Of a DNA stretch of 32,000 nt, positions 24,800 to 32,000 are shown one piece after another; the first letter of the stretch is position 1, and every line of letters starts with the position of its first letter. The DNA is from Candidatus Nanoclepta minutus (GTDB lineage Archaea; Nanobdellota; Nanobdellia; Nanobdellales; Nanobdellaceae): NCBI GenBank assembly GCA_003568775.1, contig MWMI01000003.1, positions 60,001 through 92,000 of the forward strand, read 5' to 3'. The notes beneath the pieces were generated by a model that saw only the letters and a list, made by a program, of their open reading frames with translations, had not been told where the DNA came from and did not search any database. The position numbers were made by a program, and so were the translations under genes.

Positions 24800-25192
24800 A
24801 TGGCTAAGAAGGAAAGGGGAAGTATATATAAGATAGTCGTATCTGATCCAAAAACTGGAAAAGCTGTTCAAATAGATTATAAAGGAGACTTCTTCTTAGG
24901 TAAGAAAATAGGGGATAAGGTTCCGGGTGATGTTATAGGATTGAGCGGTTATGAATTGGAGATAAGGGGTGGATCTGGATTTGAGGGTGCACCAATGGTT
25001 GATTTTATAGAGGGACAAGTAAAGAAATACGTCTGGTGGAAGGATAAAGAGGGAAGGTATAAAAAGTTAGTTAGGGGTAATGCAGTTTCTCCAGAGGTAG
25101 TTCAGGTAAATACAATAATAGTAAAGTATGGAGATAGACCTTTTGAGGAAATATATAACGAGTTTAAGGCTAGGAAACAGCAGACTTCATAG
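24800..25192 (+). CDS. rps6e: Ribosomal protein eS6 (S6e)
   Basis: 'YKIVVSDPKTGKAVQIDYKGDFFLGKKIGDKVPGDVIGLSGYELEIRGGSGFEGAPM' matches the conserved archaeal S6e N-terminal domain. Confidence 0.9.
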   Translation: MAKKERGSIYKIVVSDPKTGKAVQIDYKGDFFLGKKIGDKVPGDVIGLSGYELEIRGGSGFEGAPMVDFIEGQVKKYVWWKDKEGRYKKLVRGNAVSPEVVQVNTIIVKYGDRPFEEIYNEFKARKQQTS

Positions 25193-26225
25193 TCATATAT
25201 CTTTCTCTTAGTTTTATTATTTGATCTATTTTTGATCTCGATCTATTATATAAGTTTTCTAATTTTTCTTTAGTAATTCCATTAGATATATAGAAGGAAT
25301 CTAAACCTTCTTCTCTTCTCTTTGTTATCTCTGCCGTAAGGGCTAAATATGTAAATATTTGCGGTATTTTTATTTCTTTTTTAGTTGGATCTCTTAATAA
25401 TTGTGAATAAAATATGTTTTGGAATATTGTTATTAATTCAGGAGCAGGTACTATGATTGGGAAACTTGGATAACCTTTTCTAGTTTCTAATAAGTTCATG
25501 GTTAATAATGCTTGATATCCTTGTCTTCCTATAATGTTCGGATAATAATACTTTCCCTTATACTTTATTTTCCTTAATCCATGATATGTATCGAATTCTC
25601 CAGATCCATTGACCTCAAAATCTCCTTGGTTTTGATATCCTTTAAGGATAACTCTATCATATCCTATTCTCTTTGGGAACGAGGGAATCTTTATTTCAAA
25701 TTCGTTTATATATTCCCCATTTTTCATTGGAGGTTCTTTTTGAACTGGTTTGTCTTTATTAATTACTAAATAGAGATATGCTTCTGGTATGTCTATTAAA
25801 GGTATTTCATAGGCTTTGCTATCAGAAGAAATTAGAATAATCGAGTATGGATAATTTATTCTACCGTTTGGATTGTTTAATCTCTTTAAGATATTGTCTA
25901 ACGAATTTGTAAAACCTTCAAAAGTTGGTAGGTTTTGTGATGGTACAATTCTTCTCTTCGCTCTAGAGATCAATATGATTGGATTATAATAATACTTTCT
26001 GTTTTCTTTCTTTCCTCCGCATATCGTTTCATGTATTTCCGTAGGTACTCTTTCCCTTACTTTTTCTTTAAAATCTTCTTCTATTCTTTCTACTAATTCG
26101 TAATGTATATTACCATTTGGTTTTTCTAGAGCAGGTAAAAGGTATTTTATTCTTTTATTTATGGTTTCTTCGATTATTTCATCGAGGAGGGGTTGGGCTT
26201 GCTGAAGTGCTTCTATGTATCTCAT
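25170..26225 (-). CDS. Hypothetical protein (351 aa), no recognisable motif
   Basis: This is a long uninterrupted ORF with balanced, non-low-complexity composition. An upstream AT-rich region is shared with the divergent pilin gene. Its 3' end overlaps rps6e by 23 nt (convergent). Confidence 0.5.
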   Translation of the reverse strand: MRYIEALQQAQPLLDEIIEETINKRIKYLLPALEKPNGNIHYELVERIEEDFKEKVRERVPTEIHETICGGKKENRKYYYNPIILISRAKRRIVPSQNLPTFEGFTNSLDNILKRLNNPNGRINYPYSIILISSDSKAYEIPLIDIPEAYLYLVINKDKPVQKEPPMKNGEYINEFEIKIPSFPKRIGYDRVILKGYQNQGDFEVNGSGEFDTYHGLRKIKYKGKYYYPNIIGRQGYQALLTMNLLETRKGYPSFPIIVPAPELITIFQNIFYSQLLRDPTKKEIKIPQIFTYLALTAEITKRREEGLDSFYISNGITKEKLENLYNRSRSKIDQIIKLRERYMTMKSAVS

Positions 26226-26305
26226 AAATTACTAATTGGTGGTTAAGGATATAAATATTGATATATTTTAAGGTTTATTAAGAGGGAAGGACTTAATTTA
26301 AAATT

Positions 26306-26788
26306 ATGAAGATTAGAGGTGTATCTCCTTTAATTGCAACTATAATACTTATTGCTTTGACCGTGTCAATTGGTGCTATAATAGTTGGATGGGGAAGGAG
26401 TTATATTCAAAAACAGATGATATGTGCTGGAATGAGTGCTTCTTTAAATTATAAAAACTATAGCTATAGTGGTGGGAATAATCCGAAAATTATTTCTTTC
26501 GATATTTTAAATAGCGGGGAATCGGTAATAAACTTACGAAATGCGTATATTAAAATTACCTCTATTGATGAAACGTCTGATATATGTTCGTATGGTACGG
26601 GGGGGTGTAGTTTTGTTGAGACATTGGGAAGCAATAATATAGTGCCTAGTAATTTTACATCGATATCTCTAACGGTAACAAGTATATCTCCTATTTATAA
26701 CAAGCTTTCAGGTGCAACAGTGGAGTTATATGATAAAACATGTAATACACTATTAGCAAGTACTATACTTCCATATTCTATTTCTTAA
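26306..26788 (+). CDS. Archaeal type IV pilin-like protein (class III signal peptide, DUF361-type N-terminus)
   Basis: 'MKIRG|VSPLIATIILIALTVSIGAIIVG' matches the archaeal prepilin consensus (K/R-G followed by V/Q-S-P-L/V-I-A-T). The C-terminal region is small and beta-rich. Confidence 0.7.
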   Translation: MKIRGVSPLIATIILIALTVSIGAIIVGWGRSYIQKQMICAGMSASLNYKNYSYSGGNNPKIISFDILNSGESVINLRNAYIKITSIDETSDICSYGTGGCSFVETLGSNNIVPSNFTSISLTVTSISPIYNKLSGATVELYDKTCNTLLASTILPYSIS

Positions 26789-29323
26789 ATCTAAAACAAT
26801 TGTAATGATAAATAGAAAAGAAAATAAGGAAAATAAATCCAAAACTTTCCAAGGATATCTATATTCCAGTTCAAGTATCCAAGTACCTTTAGAAATCTCA
26901 AGTTCAATAGTACCTGCAAATTCATTTTTCCTTATTGGGATTTCTTTTCCATTTAGTTTTGCCCCCCAGTAAGGATAATCGTTTTCACTTATAGAGATCG
27001 TAGCTGCAGAGTCTGTAGATATTATAACAGTAATCTTTTCGTTTGTAAGTTGAGAAATCCAATATTTGAAGTTAGATTTTAAATGTTGTGCTATAAGATT
27101 CCTCAAAATGCTTTGCTCATATTGATTGTTTTTAACAATAGAGTGATAGAATAGACTTAGACCTATAAAGTATATTCTCCCATTTCCAATTTCTTTGTAT
27201 CCTAGTACCGTATAATTTTCATATTTTATCAGCGGAATTAAGTCTCCAGAATAGGTAGTACTAACCCAGTAGTTTCCATTATCTTCAAATTCGCTGAATT
27301 TCTCCATATCATACATATCTGAGGGCAGATCTAATTTACCTTTTACTTTTATAACGGTAGAATTCACTCCAAGAATGCTATTTTCCATATCTGATGAGAG
27401 AAAAGTATCTACAAAAACTATTCCTCCTTCTCTAATAAACCTCTCTAGTATTTTCCAGACAGAAGAATTTGTATAGTGATAACTATATAGGAAAATTATT
27501 TTATAGTTTTTGATTTCGTTATAAGTTAAGCTATCTAGGTTATTGATTATAGTACAATTCTTAGTTTCTAAGCAATTACTCAAATTTTCTCCTAAGAATG
27601 TTGATCGGATTAATATATCTTTTATAGCGTTTTCGCTTCCGATAAATAAAATTTTAGTGGAGGTATTCTCAATTATTATGAAGGTATTGTTATCTCTATA
27701 GAATAAAGCAAATCTTGGAGATTCACATATTTTTCTAAATCCTATTTTCTCTATTACATTTGAGAAGACACTATATGGTAACATCCAATTGTACTTATCT
27801 AGAATTATGTAATTTACTGAAAAATGAAGTAAATAATTGCTCAAGAGGTTATAGTGAAATTCAGATACATTTGGATATGTTGAAAGGATATCTCTATATA
27901 TGATATGGTATAATTTTGAGCGAGATAATAAATTAATATCTCCTTGCCAGTACCAACCTCTTAGGATTGGGATATTTTTAATAATGGCAGGATAATATGC
28001 TGTTGCGGATCCAATTGCTAATTCTACACTAGGTTGATATAGCCTACTTCCTTCTAGGTTATCTATGCAGTTTAATATGTTAGTATACTCTTTTATCATG
28101 GAATCAAAATATTTTTCATCCTCAACGGATATCGGGTATTTGAGGGAAAAATCTGCTAAAATAATTAAGAGAATTGCTATTATTAACAAAGCTTTTACAT
28201 TTTTTTGAACTTTAATCTCTTCAATAGAAGATATTAATAGAGCAAAACCAATTAAGGAATAAAAGTTTGCTCCGTCAATCCATCTCTCAGGATGAATATT
28301 CGCTATAATTGGCAAATAATATAACTCCCTAATTGGATTATAGTACCCTAATGCTAAAAATACGAAGAAAAATATTATTAATAAGGAATTTATCGAAAAT
28401 ATTTTTAGATCAGTTTTAATATCTTTTCTTAAGAGGAAAAGTATATAACCAAGTAATCCGAGAATAAACAAAATTCCTACGTAGTACTTATTGGAGATAT
28501 CAAATAGGTTTTCTATGTATACACTATGAAATTGAAAAGTCGGTGGTTCTTTATAAAAATAAAAGGTGTTATAGTATTTCATCTGTAATAAGAAGGGAAT
28601 TGTCCAAAATGCTGTTAATGAAATAAAAGAAGCAGAAAATACAAGGATGTTTTTTGCAAAATTCTTTAGTGATAAATTTCTGATATAACTTATGTAGAGA
28701 TATGGGAATAAAATAACAATAGAAAAAGCGAATATTATAAAGATCATTAAGTGGGATAAGAATAAAGCTGATAAAAATATAGAAGAAAGTAAAACTTTTT
28801 TGATATCTTTGTATTTAACTAAATAAATTACCCCTAACATTCCTAATGGTAATAACATATTAGCAAAAAATCTTGTAATCGCTCCACATAATCCAACAAC
28901 ATAATAAAGTATCCAAATAGATAGAGGATATAGTAATGAAGATAAATAAATTGATATTCCTTTAAATCTTAATTCTCTTAATAAAAACCTCATTGAATAC
29001 GCTCCAATTAACATACCAATCAATATAGTCAGCTTATATCCTAATACATCAGAGTTAACTATTTTTCCAATTAATGCCCCAACAAAATAGGATAGGGGGG
29101 AATAAAAAGTAAGAAAAGGATCTCCACCATGCCAGTATCTGGTCCATTTAACATAGCCATCATTCATAAGTTCCCATATTTTAAACAAATGACCATAAGC
29201 ATCTCCACCCCGTCCCGGTAAATATGGACTTTTGAATACGGGATAAAGAATAAAAGAGTAGACTACTAATAAAGTGAGCAAGTAAGCTATTTCAAAGAGC
29301 AGTTTTCTATATTTATACTCCAT
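26753..29323 (-). CDS. Large polytopic membrane protein, GT-C-fold (YfhO/ArnT/PMT-like) glycosyltransferase candidate with a ~450-aa extracytoplasmic C-terminal domain
   Basis: About 12-14 N-terminal TM helices are present, with an early loop 'PGRGGDAYGHLFKIWEL' resembling the acidic first-loop motif of GT-C enzymes. A terminal TM anchor is also present. The family assignment is by resemblance only. Confidence 0.45.
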   Translation of the reverse strand: MEYKYRKLLFEIAYLLTLLVVYSFILYPVFKSPYLPGRGGDAYGHLFKIWELMNDGYVKWTRYWHGGDPFLTFYSPLSYFVGALIGKIVNSDVLGYKLTILIGMLIGAYSMRFLLRELRFKGISIYLSSLLYPLSIWILYYVVGLCGAITRFFANMLLPLGMLGVIYLVKYKDIKKVLLSSIFLSALFLSHLMIFIIFAFSIVILFPYLYISYIRNLSLKNFAKNILVFSASFISLTAFWTIPFLLQMKYYNTFYFYKEPPTFQFHSVYIENLFDISNKYYVGILFILGLLGYILFLLRKDIKTDLKIFSINSLLIIFFFVFLALGYYNPIRELYYLPIIANIHPERWIDGANFYSLIGFALLISSIEEIKVQKNVKALLIIAILLIILADFSLKYPISVEDEKYFDSMIKEYTNILNCIDNLEGSRLYQPSVELAIGSATAYYPAIIKNIPILRGWYWQGDINLLSRSKLYHIIYRDILSTYPNVSEFHYNLLSNYLLHFSVNYIILDKYNWMLPYSVFSNVIEKIGFRKICESPRFALFYRDNNTFIIIENTSTKILFIGSENAIKDILIRSTFLGENLSNCLETKNCTIINNLDSLTYNEIKNYKIIFLYSYHYTNSSVWKILERFIREGGIVFVDTFLSSDMENSILGVNSTVIKVKGKLDLPSDMYDMEKFSEFEDNGNYWVSTTYSGDLIPLIKYENYTVLGYKEIGNGRIYFIGLSLFYHSIVKNNQYEQSILRNLIAQHLKSNFKYWISQLTNEKITVIISTDSAATISISENDYPYWGAKLNGKEIPIRKNEFAGTIELEISKGTWILELEYRYPWKVLDLFSLFSFLFIITIVLDLRNRIWKYSTC

Positions 29324-29358
29324 AGTAGTAATAAATAAATATATACTTATAAATATTT

Positions 29359-30675
29359 TTAATGAGAGATTTTATAAGTTCTTTGACCTCCTTTGGCTTT
29401 CTCTTTTATATATTTTACAGCTCCTAATGAAGTAAAAACTAAAGTATATAGAGGAACATAGAGGGAATAAACAAATAGATCCTTCAGTTCTAATCTTAGA
29501 TTTTCATTATTTATATTGTTTTTATACAAAAGATAAATTGTATATAAGTACCCAGCTAATGCACCAGTAATTTGTAAAATATGAGAAAGAGGATCGTTAT
29601 TTACGAAAAGACTGCTAATGTAAAAAGGTAATGCTATATATATTCCGCCAAAGAGCTTTACTGTGTCTTTAAACTTATCAAACACTTTTTCTCTTAAGTT
29701 TCTTTTAGATATTAAGTATTGAGAAGCTATTAAAGAGGGATAAGATATGGTTAGGGCAGTTCTTAGGGGAGGAATGGGTAATAGAGCGGCATATAACAGA
29801 GGGCCTATTAAGAAGTATGAGGCATGTAGGGGATTATTAAAACAGTTTTTTGGATCTTCTAAACATACCCTATATCCACCATACTGCCAATAAGTCCTTT
29901 GCTTAATAAACTTCTTTGGATCGTTTATTAGCTCGGGATATAATATTAAATCTTCTGAAAATAGAATACCTTTTCCATCTTTTCTTACTAAAAATGTCAT
30001 CTCATAATCGTCTCCAGCATGTTTTCCAGAATGATTTTTCAATACTCTCTTTAAATCTTCCGTTCTCCAAAGAGATGCTGTCCCATTTACATATATTCCC
30101 TCTCCTGCAGCTTTTCTAGCATTACTAGTTACTACAGTGTGCTCCACGTGTTGTATATAATCTAGGAAATTTTTCCTTAATAAGTTATCTAGGTTATCTT
30201 CTTTCCTTTTTGATTCGAAAGATTTATGGAAGCTTTTAATATCTTCTTTTATCTCTTTCAAAACGTTTTCGGGTAAATACCTCTGATTTGCAGTAGGGTA
30301 AACCATTACTGGAAAATCTTCATTTAGCCTTTCACAGTTTTCTTTCAATATTTCATCTAACCCTTTTCCATTATTTGGTACAGGTATTACATCATCATCT
30401 TGAATAAAAACACATTTTGGATTATACTCTTGAATGATATGTTCTAATCCATAATGTAAGGCATCGATTTTTCCCCCGTTTTCTTTTCTCAAAACTTTTG
30501 CATAACCGTTTTTTTCTATTAACTCTAAAACCCCGTTTGTATCTTCTCTCTTCGATCCATCGTTTACAACTATAATAGGATTTCCCGTATGTTTATGGAG
30601 GTAAGATACAGTAGTATAGAGGGTTGTAGGAGATGTATTATATACAGGAATTATAATAGGAATTGCGCTTTTCAT
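29359..30675 (-). CDS. Family-2 glycosyltransferase of the processive synthase type (NodC/IcaA/PgaC/HAS-like) with C-terminal TM helices
   Basis: 'IIIPVYN', 'VVNDGS', 'IQDDDV' (DxD), 'AGDDYEMT' (ED-type catalytic loop) and 'QRTYWQYG' (a Q-x-x-R-W variant) are followed by about 4 TM helices. Confidence 0.7.
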   Translation of the reverse strand: MKSAIPIIIPVYNTSPTTLYTTVSYLHKHTGNPIIVVNDGSKREDTNGVLELIEKNGYAKVLRKENGGKIDALHYGLEHIIQEYNPKCVFIQDDDVIPVPNNGKGLDEILKENCERLNEDFPVMVYPTANQRYLPENVLKEIKEDIKSFHKSFESKRKEDNLDNLLRKNFLDYIQHVEHTVVTSNARKAAGEGIYVNGTASLWRTEDLKRVLKNHSGKHAGDDYEMTFLVRKDGKGILFSEDLILYPELINDPKKFIKQRTYWQYGGYRVCLEDPKNCFNNPLHASYFLIGPLLYAALLPIPPLRTALTISYPSLIASQYLISKRNLREKVFDKFKDTVKLFGGIYIALPFYISSLFVNNDPLSHILQITGALAGYLYTIYLLYKNNINNENLRLELKDLFVYSLYVPLYTLVFTSLGAVKYIKEKAKGGQRTYKISH

Positions 30676-31277
30676 TCTTCGATAAATCTTATAATTTCAA
30701 AGCCTTCTGCATAGTTAACTCCATTTATAAATCCATGGTATTTGTTTATTCCTAGAATAGTTTCTTTCTTTAAGAAATCTTTATGATTTTGAGATCTAAA
30801 TATTTCCAATATCTTTATCTTTTCTTCTATAAACTCTGATATATCAACAAAATAAGAGGGATGGAAGTTATTATATGTTAAAGGAGCCCAAAATGACAAT
30901 ATTTGTTTTACTTTTCTTCCAGCAATTTTTACAGCTTCTGCAGTAGTCCTATGATCTTGGTGAGAGTCTGATAAACTATGAGTATATATTCTGTTTGGTT
31001 TAAATTTGTTTATTAAATCCTCTAAAACATCTTTTATTTCAATAAGCTTTTCGTAAAACCTTGTATCTGGGAAATTAAATAAGAAGTAATCAGATATCCC
31101 TAAATAGTTAATTACTTCTAAAAGTTCTTTTTCTCTTTCTTTTGAATCTCCACCTTTTTCTCCTCTTGATAGAATTATATATATTACCTTATCCCCATTT
31201 CTTAAATGCTTTAGTAAAGTTCCTCCCGCCCCTAACTCTATATCGTCCGGATGAGCACCAATAAACATTACGATCAT
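30672..31277 (-). CDS. PIG-L/LmbE-family N-acetylglucosaminyl deacetylase
   Basis: It carries the N-terminal 'FIGAHPDDIELGAGGTLLK' zinc-binding signature and a later 'HQDH'. ATGA overlaps link it to both neighbours. Confidence 0.85.
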   Translation of the reverse strand: MIVMFIGAHPDDIELGAGGTLLKHLRNGDKVIYIILSRGEKGGDSKEREKELLEVINYLGISDYFLFNFPDTRFYEKLIEIKDVLEDLINKFKPNRIYTHSLSDSHQDHRTTAEAVKIAGRKVKQILSFWAPLTYNNFHPSYFVDISEFIEEKIKILEIFRSQNHKDFLKKETILGINKYHGFINGVNYAEGFEIIRFIEE

Positions 31278-31921
31278 TTCATGCTCTGAAGGACTTTTCT
31301 TAAGCCTTTTAAGTTCCTTATAGTTATCTTTGGCTTATATTCTTCCTTAACACTTTCATTCGGAATTCTTCTATATAAACCTGCTAATACCCTAACTGTT
31401 ATTATTCCCAACTTGTTAGGTATAAGAAAATCTGCAAGAGGATCATCTCCAATGTAGGCTTTTACTTTATATTCCTCAAAATACTTTCTATTATTTTCAT
31501 CTAACTTATCTCTTACTATGATATAATTAAAACGAACTCCATAGTTTTTCATTATATTTTTAATTTTTTCTTCCTGTATTTCTCTGTTTCCTTCCGTATA
31601 AACTGTTAAATTATCGTTGTTTAGTACGTCTAAAGCAGATTTATAAAGCTCAATCTTCTTGTTTTTTAAGAATTCTAAATTAAATTCCCTATATAATTTT
31701 ACTAGTTCTTCAGAAGAAATTTCTAAGTTAAATTTAGATACTAGATCATCAAATATCTTATATCTTAAGGTTTTTTTCTTAACAAGGTTCAACAGATATC
31801 TAAAGGTTTTAGATTTATTTAAATTAAATTCCTTTTTTAGTTCTTCGCTTATTTTACCGAATGCATATCTCAATATTTGTTCTTGGTTGTATAAAGTGTT
31901 ATCTAAATCTATGAAGATCAT
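31274..31921 (-). CDS. HAD-superfamily hydrolase/phosphatase
   Basis: Motif I is 'IFIDLDNTLY' (DxDxT). The C-terminal 'YIGDDPLADF' is motif IV. Confidence 0.75.
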   Translation of the reverse strand: MIFIDLDNTLYNQEQILRYAFGKISEELKKEFNLNKSKTFRYLLNLVKKKTLRYKIFDDLVSKFNLEISSEELVKLYREFNLEFLKNKKIELYKSALDVLNNDNLTVYTEGNREIQEEKIKNIMKNYGVRFNYIIVRDKLDENNRKYFEEYKVKAYIGDDPLADFLIPNKLGIITVRVLAGLYRRIPNESVKEEYKPKITIRNLKGLRKVLQSMK

Positions 31922-32000
31922 TTTAGCTTATATACTTCGGGAACTTTTGCATATATGCCTTCTTTTATTTCAATACCATTGGGAATTTCTTCATATAGCC
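31918..32000 (-). CDS. 3' end of an unidentified gene continuing beyond the window (…LYEEIPNGIEIKEGIYAKVPEVYKLK*)
   Basis: The frame is open to the window edge. Its TGA overlaps the HAD gene ATG (ATGA), consistent with the operon pattern. Confidence 0.4.
   Translation of the reverse strand, partial: LYEEIPNGIEIKEGIYAKVPEVYKLK

Noticed and set aside
1-32000. CRISPR arrays, IS elements/transposases, integrases, rRNA genes.
   Set aside because: No regularly spaced direct repeats, terminal inverted repeats with transposase ORFs, integrase motifs or rRNA-like GC-rich stretches were seen on either strand.

Overview
This is a strongly AT-rich, very compact archaeal window. Many neighbouring genes share ATGA or short start/stop overlaps. 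The three tRNA genes are GC-rich islands, a contrast typical of (hyper)thermophiles. Content is dominated by cell-envelope functions. These include a beta-helix surface protein, an archaellin, an aglB-aglH-flippase-kinase N-glycosylation operon, two divergent T2SSF (FlaJ/TadC-like) platform genes with pilin-like genes, and a GT2/LmbE/HAD/GT-C polysaccharide cluster. Housekeeping genes are interspersed: eS28, eL24, eS6, aIF5B, AsnRS, a TRAM-less RumA-type m5U methyltransferase and a sugar nucleotidyltransferase. The RumA-type enzyme, the Thermococcales-like AsnRS and the compaction weakly suggest a Nanoarchaeota/DPANN-like thermophile, but I cannot verify taxonomy without a search. The strongest finding is a tRNA-Asp(GUC) gene interrupted at the canonical 37/38 position by a 486-nt intron. 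The intron is bounded by a textbook bulge-helix-bulge motif and encodes a 140-aa single-motif LAGLIDADG-like protein, so it looks like a mobile, homing-endonuclease-bearing tRNA intron. The second candidate is a four-gene overlapping cassette at 21195-24769. It encodes a wHTH AbiEi-like protein, an AbiEii-like nucleotidyltransferase, a fused MNT-HEPN protein, and an ATP-grasp plus phosphohistidine-swivel phosphotransferase that lacks the usual substrate barrel. It has operator-like repeats around its TATA box. No CRISPR array, rRNA, transposase or integrase was seen. All functional calls rest on motif recognition by eye; no database search was possible.
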